DNA of 63,051 bases, counting the filler, from Octopus bimaculoides (lineage: Eukaryota): the NCBI RefSeq assembly GCF_001194135.2. It is 5 parts of 4 records of this genome, joined end to end, with 100 filler letters (N's around TTAATTAATTAA, not from the genome) between each part and the next. Parts side by side here need not be neighbours in the genome. Positions count along the whole stretch, not along the records: positions 20,655 to 42,150 come from NC_068984.1; 4 more parts are not named here. The stretch is one strand, 5' to 3'. Of this stretch, positions 28,594-40,661 are shown piece after piece; position 1 is the stretch's first letter, and each line of letters begins with the position of its first letter. The notes under the pieces were generated by a model. It made no database searches, was not told where the DNA came from, and saw nothing but the letters and a program-made list of their open reading frames with translations. A program made the position numbers and the translations under genes.

Positions 28594-28868
28594 GATAATT
28601 TTAACGAATACTATTCCATTTTTTGGCATGATTAAACAGAATTTACTGGAGCAGATTTTCTACAGCTAGCTGCCTTTCCTGTTGCTAACCCTCACCTATT
28701 TCTAACCAAGGCAATATTTCCACATGTCTAGCCTATATAGGAATATGAGTGAGCCTGCCAAGATCATAGAAACTACTGCCTTTTCCTTCTCTTACTAAAT
28801 TCCAATGCTAATTCTCAAACCATCAGATTATTTTTTAATATTTCCATTTTTTTTTCTCTCTTGCTTAG

Positions 28869-29134
28869 ATTACACACAATACCTCAACCAAGTTGCAGAC
28901 ACGGTTGTTCAAGGAGGTACTGTAACATTTGTCAGTCAAGAAGATGGAGTTCCAATTGGTTCAAAACAGACAGCATCTGATTTGTGTCAGGAAATTTCAC
29001 ATACCGTTGTCTTTGGGGAGATTGCCACTAACCATGCAGAAGTTACCAGTGTCTTCACTCCTTTGTTCTTTGAACAAACTCAACCAGTGCCTTCAGCTAA
29101 TGAAGTCATTAGTGTCAAGCCTCCTGTTGGAAAA
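28869..29134 (+). CDS. ZNF236: Probable ZNF236 coding exon A (N-terminal region without fingers: DYTQYLNQVADTVVQGG...SVKPPVGK); upstream exon not found
   Basis: Polypyrimidine tract and TTAG acceptor (phase 1), 88 open codons, AAA|GTAAGT donor in phase 0 matching the next exon. No recognisable homology, so it is assigned by position and phase only. Confidence 0.65.
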
Positions 29135-30392
29135 GTAAGTCCCATATTATGTAAACTAAACTACACATTCTATCTCTGTTTCTCTCACACACTTGATTTT
29201 GCTTTTCTTCCCTCTTGTTTCCTGCCTTTCTTTTTCTATCTTGCTCTCCCTCTCTCGTTTTTTTTTGTCATCTTTACTTTCATGGGTCAGATGGAATTTG
29301 TTGAAGCAGGTTTTCTATGACTGGACGCCCTTCCTATTTGCCATCCCTTACCTGTTTCCAAGCAATATTTTTTCTTAGCTAACATGTTTTTCATGAAAGA
29401 CTGGAAACAAATAACCTTGCTTGTATGACAGTTATGCTTATTTACAATCATTACGTAATGTCTAGACACAGTACACTCAAACACAAGCACACACACAAAC
29501 TCACACACTCATACACACACACAAACTCACACACTCATACACACACAACAGGCTTCTTTCAGTTTCCATCTACCGAATCCATTCACAAAGCTTTGGTAAG
29601 CCTGGGGCTGTAGTAGAAGATGCTTGCCCAAGGTGTTACAAAGTGAGATTGAACCCAAGACCACTGGCAGAATTGTCAGCATGCTGGCCTAAATACTTAG
29701 GGGTATTTCTTCCAGCTTTGTGTTCTGAGTTCAAATTCAGCCAAGGTCAATTTTGCCTTTCATTCTTTCAGGGTCAACAAAAATAACGTATCAATGGAGC
29801 ACTGGGATTGATGTATTGATTTCTTCACTCTCCTCCAAATTGCTGGCCTTGTGCCACTCTCGGAATATTTGGCATTAGGAAGGGCATTCAGCTGTAGAAA
29901 CTCTGCCAAATCAGATTGGAGCCTGGTGTAGCCATCTGGTTTCACCAGTCCTCAGTCAAATCGTCCAACCCATGCAAGCATAAAAAGCGGACGTTAAACG
30001 ATGATGATGATGATGATGATGATGATTATGTAAAAGTTTGATTATAGTTGTCATAGAGGCTTTAGTCTCTCTCTATCACCTTTCAACAGCATTATATATG
30101 AAGAGACATTAGAACAATTTTACAACATAATAAAAATAAGTTTTATTTTTTTCTTGATGCTTGGTTTCACAATTCCTGTCATTCAGCTTAGCAGCCGCTG
30201 ATTAAGTTTTGATTTGGTATTGGAAGGTTAAGGGCTTCCTTGATGCCTGCCNNNNNNNNNNNNNNNNNNNNNNNNNNNNNNNNNNNNNNNNNNNNNNNNN
30301 NNNNNNNNNNNNNNNNNNNNNNNNNNNNGTAGAAGGTCTGTCGCACAACTGCCTAACAAAGTGAAACTCACTCTTTAAGTACCAGTTTTACT

Positions 30393-30490
30393 ACGCATGC
30401 ACACTCGAGGGGCTTCCGGTGGTGAAGTCCCCTGCGCATGCGCAGAATAATACTTCCTCAATGGCGGCTATAATTTCGCGCCACTACAAT
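30393..30490. promoter_or_regulatory. CpG-rich cluster of housekeeping-promoter-like motifs inside the ZNF236 intron between exons A and B
   Basis: ETS CTTCCGG 30413-30419; perfect NRF1 palindrome TGCGCATGCGCA 30433-30444; YY1-like AATGGCGGC 30460-30468; E2F TTTCGCGCC 30474-30482; ZNF143-like ACTACAAT 30483-30490. Confidence 0.6.
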
Positions 30491-30580
30491 TATATAGAGA
30501 TTTGACTGAGTTTTTTTTTTTTCCCCCCCTTTTCATTTCCCTTATTTTTGATCTCTCTCTCTTTTTTTCTTCTATTCCAG

Positions 30581-30883
30581 GGCCCCTATCAATGTAAAAG
30601 CTGTGATAAAAACTTTCCCAAATGGAATCAGTTACAGCGTCATAGCAAGACGCATAAAGAAGACAAGCCATACCGTTGCACACACTGTACCGATTCCTTT
30701 AATGTTGAAGACAATTTAAAGCTTCACATGGCCACACATCCACAGAATGATGACCGGCAGCCAACATGTCCTGAATGTGGGATAACATTTACTCGGCTTG
30801 CCAGCTTCAAAGCTCATATCATGCTACATGTAAAAGAAGAAAGCCTCATGTGTACAGAATGTGGGGATGAGTTCAGTCTTCAG
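30581..30883 (+). CDS. ZNF236: ZNF236 exon B: C2H2 fingers 1-3 and start of finger 4 (GPYQCKSC...FKAHIMLHVKEESLMCTECGDEFSLQ)
   Basis: Long polypyrimidine tract with CCAG acceptor, CAG|GTGAAC donor, phase 0/0. The peptide closely resembles vertebrate ZNF236 [25 protein letters not shown] (recalled from memory, not searched). Confidence 0.93.
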
Positions 30884-31664
30884 GTGAACTATTACTATCA
30901 TGATTCTTTTTTTTATTATTGTTGTTGTTAAGGTGGTGAGTTGGTACAATCGTTAGCAGATTGAGTAAAATGCTTAGTGGCATTTCATCCATCTTTATGG
31001 CCTGAGTTCAGATTCTACCAAAGTTGACTTTACCTTCCATCCTTTCGAGGTCGATGAAATAAGTACCAGCTGAGCACTGGGGTCGATGTAATTGACCTAC
31101 TCTTACCCTGAAATTGCTGGCTTTGTGCTAAAATTTGAAACCATTATTGCTGTTGTTTGTTTTTGTTTGTTGTTATTGGCATGACAGTGCAATGTTGGGG
31201 CATTACCTGTTTGAGACAAGCTTTTCAGGCATGGAAACACCAACAGATGAATGTGTTTGAGATGCATGCTAGCATGGAAAGCGGACGTTAAACGACGATG
31301 ATGCATCCAGAGGCACAGAACCATACTGCATGTAGTTGTTCAGTGTCCATGCATTAGTAACTTGTGGTCAGCAGCTGTTGTCTCATGTAAGATGAATCCA
31401 GCTTTCTGCTGAGTGTATAGTGAAAATCGACTCATCACCTTCCTTTGGCAGGAAAGGATGGGGGTTGATATTTCTCTGATTGGTGATTATGGCACTTCCC
31501 TCAAAACTAGTGGGTTTGTGTCATAAGAATACTTGTAATCCTTTCTACTATAGGCACAAAGTCTGACATTTTTTGGGAAGGGGCTTGACCTCAGGAGAAT
31601 TTGAACTCAGAATGCAAATATCTCCTCCCTTCAAGTTTCAGGCCTTTTGCTTATAGTAGAAAGG

Positions 31665-31733
<69 letters not shown>

Positions 31734-32379
31734 GTAATATGGTGGTGAGCTGGCAGAATTGGTATAATGTGTTGGAAAAAATGCCTTGTATTTGTTCCAA
31801 CTCTCTACATTCTGAGTTCAAATTTCATCAAGTTTAACTTTGCCTTTCATCTCTCTGGGTTGATAAAATTAAGTACAAGTCAAGTGCAGGAGTGGTGGTG
31901 TGGGTGTCAATGGTATTGACTAACTGCTTCCCCTCAAATTTGCTGGCCTTGTGCTCAAATCAGAACAATCTACTTCTTCTCCTCCCTTTCCTCCTCTCCT
32001 GTTCTCACCCTCCTCCTACCCCTTCTCACCCCACCTCCCCTTCCCCTCCTCCCTCCTCCCCTCACCTTTTCACTCTCATCCCTCCCCTTCTCACAACTCC
32101 CCTTCTCACACCTCCTCTCCTTCTCANNNNNNNNNNNNNNNNNNNNNNNNNNNNNNNNNNNNNNNNNNNNNNNNNNNNNNNNCTCATCTTCCTCTGCCCC
32201 CGCCTCACTGCCATTGCATATCTTGTTCCTAGTCATTACTTTATTCAAACCTTAATTCTAAGTTGTTTTCAAATGAGTCACAGTATACAGCTTTGAAACT
32301 GATTCCTTTGAATTCTTGTCTCTTAAATTTAACCCAATTTTTAAAATTTCTTCTTTGTCCGTTTTCTTCATCATCTCAG

Positions 32380-32516
32380 AGTCAGTTGGACAAACATATG
32401 CAAGAACACAGAGAAGAACATGGTAACAACCGTTCATACACCTGTCGACAATGTTCACAAGAATTCGCCAAAATCACTTTACTACGGGAACACATGAAAC
32501 AACACTATCGCATCAA
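32380..32516 (+). CDS. ZNF236: ZNF236 exon C: end of finger 4 and finger 5 (SQLDKHMQEH...CRQC...HMKQHYRI)
   Basis: TCAG acceptor, AA|GTAAGA donor (phase 2). Completes the finger begun in exon B. Confidence 0.92.
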
Positions 32517-32976
32517 GTAAGAGAATCATTATACCAGTTGCATTTCTTGTGCCATCAGTCAAACCAAATGTCTTTATCTTCTGTCGTTTACCTGTTTCAG
32601 TCATTGGACTGTGGTCATGCTGGGGCACTGCCTTGAAGGGTTTTAGTCAAACAAATCAACCCTAGTATTTATTTTTTAAAGACCAGTACATATTCTGTTT
32701 GGCTGCTTTTGTGAAACTGCTATGTCACAGTGATATAAACAAACCAACACTGGTTGTCAGGTGGTGGTAGTAGGAGACATGTACAACAGAAACTGAAAAA
32801 AGTCCAGCGTGTCAGTGCTTACCTGTTTCAAAGTAAGGTAGTATTTCCTCATGACCAGACATGTTTTTGTGGAAGATTTGAAACAAAGAACATTGCTTGC
32901 ATGACAATGATATTCATTTGCGACTATCATACAATGTCAAGACAAGGGGAGAGTAACACACATCATACATATGACA

Positions 32977-33136
32977 AGCTTCTTTCAGTTTGTCTTTAGG
33001 AAATCCATTCGCAAGGCCTTTTTCAGCCTGAGACTATAATAATAGACACATGCCCAAAGTACCATATAGTGGGACTGAACTGGAACATGTGCGGTTGGGA
33101 AGCAAACTTCTTAACTATAAAACCATGCTTGCACCT
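32977..33136 (-). mobile_element. tRNA-derived SINE, family A
   Basis: Homologous to 47-197. Confidence 0.7.
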
Positions 33137-33347
33137 ACTACCTTAGTTAAAAAAAAAAGACATGTATAGTTTACTACTGGAGATATAAAAAGATGGGTGG
33201 TCATGGTTAGAATGTCTGCTTAATGAGGGCTATATTGGAGCTAAACATCACCACCAATAATTTACAGAAGAAATTACATCTAGCTAGCTTAATCTGGGAT
33301 ATAAAGTTCTGTGTGTTGGTCAGAGACATGGCAGAGTGCTGGTTTAA

Positions 33348-33558
33348 CCCTTTAGTGTTCAGATTACTCTGTTAAATGTAATACTTTTTCACTCAAATTG
33401 TTTTGAATTAATCATGCATTATGTTATAGCTTTGAGGTTTCAATGATATGATTGTTTATGTCACTGTAGGTTAGGTGTGAGAGGCTAGATATGGCCAGTT
33501 TGAATATAAAACATGTAGAATATTTGGGCCAGATATGGCCAGTTTAAACACTAAAGGA
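33348..33558 (+). mobile_element. piggyBac-like MITE, same family, opposite orientation to 27478-27696
   Basis: TTAA|CCCTTTAG...CTAAAGGA|TTAA, with the internal sequence shared with the other copies. Confidence 0.75.
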
Positions 33559-34071
33559 TTAAATGTGTGAATCTCTAATGTCTCAGCTGGTTGTGTGGTT
33601 CTCTGCAGCTTTGACCAATTGTATTGGTCATACACTTAGCTATTTCAAAGGAGCAGAGGCTGTTGTAGTAGTGGTAAATGCAAACAGAGGGAAGACACTG
33701 CTTGTCAAGTTGGGCAATGTTCTGAAATTACACATTTTCATGAAGGATTACATAAATCTTTTTGGTCCCTGAATACAGTGCAGAAATAACATGATACTTC
33801 AGCTGGTAATTTTGTCAGAAGTTGACTTAACCAGCTGTGATTCTCGAAAAATAAAATAACATTTGTAACTAATTTGATAGCTGGAATATCCCTGACGACT
33901 TGTATTCACATTGTATTGTGCAGGCCTGTGTATAAATTCAAGTTCAGTATTGCAGGCTGATAAAGCACTGGTTGATTTTAAGGGCTTTCTTGCTACTTAG
34001 GACCATCAACTGTCTACATTGTCAGACTTTTTATCTCTTTTGATATTCTTTCAATAAATTCTGTTTTGTAG

Positions 34072-34199
34072 ATCTTCACTCTCTCATCGCTCATACAAAC
34101 GCAACATCGATAGGTCCAGTTTCAATCATAAATGTGATCATTGTGGCAAATCTTTTCAGAAGCCAAGTCAAGTAGAACGACATATTCGTATTCACACAG
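34072..34199 (+). CDS. ZNF236: ZNF236 exon D: finger 6 ([43 protein letters not shown])
   Basis: GTAG acceptor, G|GTAAGT donor, phase 2/1. The RSYxRNIDRS linker is characteristic of ZNF236. Not listed in the ORF track. Confidence 0.93.
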
Positions 34200-34598
34200 G
34201 TAAGTTACTTGATATTATCAAAAAAGCTGTTACCTTTTTTTTTTTTTTGAACCTTTGGACAAAGAATTTGGGATGTAAAATTATTTCTTTGTGGTTTTGA
34301 CTCAACTCATGTGGTATAGCAAATTCTAAAAAGATTCAAACTCAAATACCACAAAAGTCTTTCAATAAACATTTTGTTTTGGAAAGAACATAGGTGAAGA
34401 GATGCATTGTTTTCATTTTGATGTACTCTGTGAACATCAACATGAAAGCAAGAAAATAGAGCTGTTAATTTTTGTTCTGATAATTTCTTGTTTCACACTC
34501 CAATCACTGGATGGTATATATATATATATATATATATNNNNNNNNNNNNNNNNNNNNNNNNNNNNNNNNNNNNNNNNNNNNNNNNNNNTATATATATA

Positions 34599-34725
34599 CA
34601 GGGTGTCCACAAAGTCTGAGTACATGGAATAAATAAAATAATAGCATAAACAATTAAATATAAGAAATAATAATTTCTTAAAGTATGTGTTAATCCCCAT
34701 GTTCCCAGACTTTGTGGACACCCTG
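34599..34725. mobile_element. Tc1/mariner-type MITE, 127 bp
   Basis: Perfect 20-bp TIR CAGGGTGTCCACAAAGTCTG / CAGACTTTGTGGACACCCTG within a TA-rich tract. Confidence 0.85.
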
Positions 34726-35309
34726 TGTATATATATATATATATGGCAATGACAATTTATGGCCATTAATTTCTGTTGTGTTATGTGTTTTATAGGAGTA
34801 ATTTGCAGGCCTCACAACCAACCCTTTTCTTTATGAAGTGAAATCTTTGTTACAAGGAGACTGGATCCCATCACTGAGAACTATGTTGTTATACATAGTG
34901 GTGGTGTTCTGGAGACTTGCTCAATTATAACTATTACAACATAATATAAAAATCATTTTGTTTCATATTCATTTTTTTTTTTGCTAGGCACAAGGTCAAT
35001 ATTTAAAGAGGTGAGGAGATATTTGTGGGAGATTAGGTTCAGGACATACTAAAGATTCATTTCTACACTTCTTGGTTCAACTTATTTTATCAAGCTAGTA
35101 GAAAATATAAATGTGGAAAAATAGCAACAATAAATTGTGTAATTTCTTTTTATTAGTTATATCACAGTAGAAGGTAAACCGTCTACTAACTTCAGTGGTA
35201 TGATAATTCAGTGTGGGTAATAACATATTCACTTTTAGAAATTCATAATGTACTAATAAATTTCATGACAACAAAATACAACACAAAGTTGAATAGTGGT
35301 GGTAAGTGA

Positions 35310-35790
35310 TGAAGATATGGAGATGGAGAAATATGTTTGCTGGGGACAGACAGTAAATGTCTACTGAAATATGAATACTGAAACCATGTGTACAGCTGTG
35401 TGTCAATCTTTTCAATAACATAATCTTACTCATGTTCCTATAAGTGAGACTTGCGCTGCTATGAAAAAATGAAGAAAGTAACAGGCTATGACAGATGTTT
35501 GCCAACTGAAACAAGAGAGAGCATAACTGAAACAAAATAGTGGAACAGATGACGTGATTGCAAAATACTGAAAGCACAAGTTCTGCTGGATGAAACATGT
35601 CTTAAAGTTCACAGACAATAGGTGGATCTGTGCAATTGAGTGGTATCCAAGAGATTAGAAGAGACCAATTGGAGAACCTTCAAGATAATGGGTGGGTGAC
35701 ATAGTCAAACAATTTAGGTCCAGATGGAAGAGAAAGATGCACTCAAGGGAAGAATGGACGCTCATTTTGACCATTGATATATAGATACAT
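35310..35790 (+). mobile_element. RTE-clade LINE 3' fragment in a ZNF236 intron
   Basis: EKYVCWGQ...DDVIAKY*KHKFCWMKHVLKFTDNRWICAIEWYPRD*KRPIGEPSR*WVGDI, the typical RTE C-terminus. Confidence 0.75.
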
Positions 35791-36899
35791 GTAAGAGCAT
35801 CTGATTGTCTGGATGATAAAGGAGATATTGTATAGATATATGACAGTAATTTATTTGGTAGAAATTAACAATTTTCAATTACAACATCCATAAGAAACTA
35901 GATGGCATTATGCATGTTCTTGAAATATAATTCTTTACATGTTTACCTCTTTAGTATTCAGATTATTTTGTCAAATGTAAGGCTTATTTATTCACATTTT
36001 TTGGACTTAATAAAGCGTTATCTCATAGCTTTGGGACATATCTGACCTAAATATTCTATCTGTTTTGTGTTTAGACTAACCAGATAAGGCCTTTCATACC
36101 TACCCTGCAATGTCATTCTAAACAATCACATCATCAGCATCTCAGAGCTACACGATAATGCATGATCACTTCAAAACAATGTGAATAAATAAGTAATATA
36201 TATGACAATAATCTGAATGTCCATATCCAGCCTAAATATTCTACCTGTTTATACACATACATATATGAATTTACATTTCTGGTTACAAATTGAGCAGGTT
36301 TGTAAACTGAAATAGTTTCCTATATAAATTTGTACTGAAAATGGCAACTACAAAAGGTGATAACTATGTCATGGTAATAGATTGAAATTCTGTGTGTTGT
36401 TAATGCTGTGATCTAATGGCACTTTGCACTAGAATTGACCTGTATTGCTTGGTAGATTGTTGCATCTGAGTTGGCACTTCATAACCAGTCTGCTATTCTT
36501 ATATACAAATGGTTGGTAAACTAGTGGAATCAAGATATGGTAAATTAACGACAGAACCTGTCTTTTGCATTAAAACTAGCTGAAACATAGGTTCTCACTC
36601 TGGTTGAGAGCTATTGAAGACAAAGGCCATGCAGCTTTGAATTTCATTTATGTAGCTATTGCATAGTTGAGATTTAATGCTCTCTTATAGTTCCAATAAA
36701 CTGGTGAAAATGGTGACAGAAACTACATGAAGGTCACTACAAACCCATCAATATTTCAACTCAGAATTTAGGGGATAAAACATCTTGTGCAATACTCAAC
36801 CATTTCTGTCAACTTGCTGTCCTTGTGAAATTTATAGTCAAACAAAGCAAGTCTTAACAAAATTATTTTGTCTTGAATATGTGATTAGGATTTGCTCGT

Positions 36900-38450
36900 T
36901 TGTGGCAGTCCATCAAAATCACAATGAACGTCTCTTTTATTTATGAATCTTTTGATCAGTAAACATCTCACTCTTTGATGCACAGCTTCAGATGCAGATG
37001 GGACATGTGGATGTGGTTGCAGAGACAAGGTGTTAATCTGCATGCATGCTTCTTTTCTTGTTTCTCCTGTTAGTGCTGATTGCATTTCTTCTCCATAGAA
37101 AAGAACATGTTATTCTCACTCCCCTTAAACACGAACATCTTCATGTTTAAGAGGATAATATTTTCTTGGTAAGTGTTGTGATTGTGTTTTTTTCTGCTGT
37201 TGGAAGAGACAGAACTGGTATTATCCTACTGGAAAATGTTTTCAAGAGCTCTGTTCATGGAGCTAATATAATATTGGTTTGAAGTGTTTAGGTTAGATGT
37301 GGATAGATGATGTGTGGAATGAATGTGTGGATGGATGATGGATTAAGGAGAAATGAAAGCTGGCATTTCGTTTTTAGATTTGGTTTGCAAGATTCTTTAT
37401 GTGAGTTCGTGTGTTGAAGCATATTCTGTTGTGTCTGGGGAGAGTCATTTTCTTTTTGTGCTTTATAATTTAACACACTCACCGGTAAAATTTCCACTTA
37501 TTTCTTATTTTTATTTTCCTAAAATTTTTCCATCTCCTTATCTTCATCACTTACCACCACTATTCAACTTTGTGCTGTATTTTGTTGTCATGATGTTTAT
37601 TAGTACATTATGAACTTCTGAAAGTGAACATGTTATTACCCACACTGAATTATCATACCACTGAAGTTAGTAGACGCAACAAAAATTTTAAGAAAATAAA
37701 AATAAGAAATAAGTGGAAATTTTACCGGTGAGTGTGTTAAATTATAAGGCACAAAAAAGAAAATGATTCTCCCCAGACACAACAAAGTTGGCATTACCTG
37801 TGAAGAAATCGGTGTGTTGTTGTATGTGACAGCAAAAAGAGGAGGAAAGGTGTGGGTGAGAGACAAAAGAAAGAAAAAACAAACACTAAGGTTCTCCTGA
37901 CTTGATAAAGTGTGCATTAGTGAAAACTGAATTAGCTCTCACTGTGAGAGTGTGATCTGACTACATTTGAAACTTTGTTAATGTCAAAAGATAACACTGT
38001 TTTTACTAAATTTGTTAAAAGTGAGAGTCCACTGAATGAGGGATATGTGGGAGTGGGTTGCCAATAGGTGTGATTTTATGGAAGAGCACCGGTTGTCATT
38101 AAAAAGGGAGAGATGTTTACTGAAAGTTGGCTGTCAAAGTGGGTTCTTTTTCTTTGGAATGGGACACATAGTAACATGTTTCTAAAGATTGGGTTATATC
38201 CAGAGAGAGAGAGAGAGAGAAGAAATTAGTGAAGACAAAGGCTTGCTGTGTAACACACTGAGGGTAATCAAAAGGATATTGTTGGGACTGGTGACCTTAT
38301 TTGTTTGAAGCAACTGAAGTTGCTTTCAGACTTGACAAATATGTGTACCTGGTGGAATGGAAAGCGAGGTTTTGAGAAGGTTTACTTAGTGTGTGTTGCG
38401 CAAATTTGAGTACAAGCTGAGTGCTAAATATTGAAGCTTTCTCTGTAGGA
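36900..38450 (-). mobile_element. Possible ancient Penelope-like element (RT plus GIY-YIG traces) in a ZNF236 intron
   Basis: VTSPNNIL resembles DVTSLYTNIP; QTQQNMLQHTNSHKES resembles the GIY-YIG QT..L..R..H motif. Heavily degraded. Confidence 0.35.
37428..37784. repeat. Long near-perfect inverted repeat (arms 37428-37529 and 37681-37784, loop about 150 nt)
   Basis: About 100-bp arms with only a few substitutions or indels, read directly from the sequence. Confidence 0.92.
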
Positions 38451-38580
38451 GTACTGCAGAAATGGAATGAAAGGAGCAGCATGTGTGTATGTGCAGGTGT
38501 TGTAAATATATGTTTTAGCTTCTAATGTATGGATCTCTTGCTTTACAAATGATGTAAACTAAGCATTTACTCATTTACAG

Positions 38581-38738
38581 GTGAACGACCATTCAGATGT
38601 TCGATGTGTGATAAATCTTTCAATCAGAAAGGTGCACTTCAAATTCACATGACCAAACACACTGGGGAAAGACCTCATACCTGTGAATTTTGTTCAGCAA
38701 CTTTTTCTCAGAAAGGAAATTTGCGAGCTCACATACAG
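38581..38738 (+). CDS. ZNF236: ZNF236 exon E: finger 7 and most of finger 8 ([10 protein letters not shown]...[12 protein letters not shown]...GNLRAHIQ)
   Basis: TTTACAG acceptor, CAG|GTGAGA donor, phase 1/0, canonical TGERP linkers. Confidence 0.94.
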
Positions 38739-39079
38739 GTGAGATGAAATGTTCTGTTAAGAAGAAAAGGCCCTATAACTGTTTTTTTTTGAGACTTTGT
38801 AGATTCACTACTAGTTTCGATCAAACTAGTTCTGCTGTCAGATGTATGTATGTGTGTCAGTACATGCATGTGTGTGTGAGAGAGAGCATAAGCATGACTT
38901 TGGAATCACGTGGTAAGGGGTTCAGTCCTAATCCACGGATGTTGTCAGCTCAGTGTCTTATAGCTGGGAGTTGACCATTACCTTGTGAGCAAAACTGATA
39001 AATGGAAATTGAAGAAATCTGCTCTGTGTGTGTGTGTGTGTGTGCGTGTATTTTGTATGTGTATTTTTGTGTGTGTGTG

Positions 39080-39153
<74 letters not shown>

Positions 39154-40089
39154 AATGTATATATGCATGCATGTGCTTGTGTGTGTGTCTGTGTGTTTGA
39201 GTTTGTATTTCTCCTCATCTTCACATGTGTTTGCTGTTTGTAAAAAAAAAAAAAATGCATCAATGATCATGCATATGGTGTTGTTTGTTTGCAGTCCACT
39301 GCATAAGCATGTCCAGGCTTCTTGATTTGTCTCAACATGTTAATTGATCATTGTAAATGAAAGATGCATTCAAAAAGTGTTGTTTGTTTCCAGTTCTCTT
39401 TATAACTATATCCAGAGCTGTTTGACAGACAAGTGACAGTTGGGCATCAAAAGAGCATTTGGCTGTTGAAAATTCTGCCCCAACATTGTCTTGTCTGACC
39501 CATGCAAGCAGAGAAAAGTAAATGTCAAAACAACAACGAGGATGATGATAATATGTGTGTGTGTTTGTATGCACATGTGTATGTGTGCGAATGTTTGTCA
39601 CTCCTTATCTTGATATCATGTGATAGTTGTATATAAGGATTATTGTTTTGCAAGCAATATTATTCATTTCCATTCTTTCACAAAAATATGTCCAGCCATG
39701 GGAAAATATTCCCTTACATAGAAGGTAAAGGTTGACAACAATGATGGCTTTAGAGAATTCCATCTGATCCATGCAAGCATAGAAAAGTGGACATTAAAAC
39801 AATAATGATGATATAGTGGTTAGGGTATTGCACTCGCAGTTATAAGATCATAGTTTCAGTTTCTGAACTGGTAGTGCATTGTATTCTTGAGCAAAATACT
39901 TCATTTTGCCTTACTGTGTGATCACTTTGACATCTGACATGTGGCACACCATGCACCTGTACAGGAAATGTTGATTTGATGGAGGGAGTGAGCTGATGTA
40001 CAGCATAAACATTTGATCACATGCTGTGCATGAGAAGACCCAGCAAGCCAAGTGAGACCTAAATCCAAGGCCTCTGCCAGAGGTGTAAA

Positions 40090-40632
40090 CAGCCCACTTA
40101 TGCGTACCTTCCTCATTGGACACTAAACTCCGCTTGCGAAGACCTGTTGAGGCAAGTGAAATCGGAATCGAACTAAATTCGATGTCTGGCACCCATGCCA
40201 ATGTTGTCTCCTTCATTGGACACTAAACTCGGCTTGCGAAGACTTGTTGGGGCAAGCGAAAGCGAAATCGTGATGGCACCTGTGCCCAGCGTCGCCTTCC
40301 TGGCACTTGTGCTGATGGCACGTGTAAAGACATTCGAGCGAGAACGTTGCCAGTGCTGCTGGACTGGCTCCTGTGCAGGTGGCATGTAAAATACACCATT
40401 TTGAGCGTGGCCGTTGCCAGTACTGCCTGACTGGCCTTCGTGCCAGTGCCACATAAAAGCACCCACTACACTCTCGGAGTGGTTGGCATTAGGAAGGGCA
40501 TCCAGCTGTAGAAACTCTGCCAAATCAGATTGGAGCCTGGTGTAGCCATCTGGTTCACCAGTCCTCAGTCAAATCGTCCAACCCATGCTAGCATGGAAAG
40601 TAGACGTTAAACGATGATGATGATGATGATGA
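40090..40632 (+). mobile_element. Non-autonomous retroposon with internal tandem modules and a (GAT)n tail, family D
   Basis: 3' end GGAAGGGCATCCAGCTGTAGAAACTC...GGACGTTAAACGATGATGAT recurs at about 29873-30025, 50335-50483, 27350-27470 and 25305-25450 (-). A roughly 100-bp module is duplicated at about 40110 and 40211. Confidence 0.7.
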
Positions 40633-40661
40633 AATAAAATATTCTGTGCAGGTTGTTCAGC

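Noticed and set aside
30461-30505. ATGGCGGCT as the ZNF236 start codon
   Set aside because: The frame closes after 14 codons and there is no good donor to join it to exon B.
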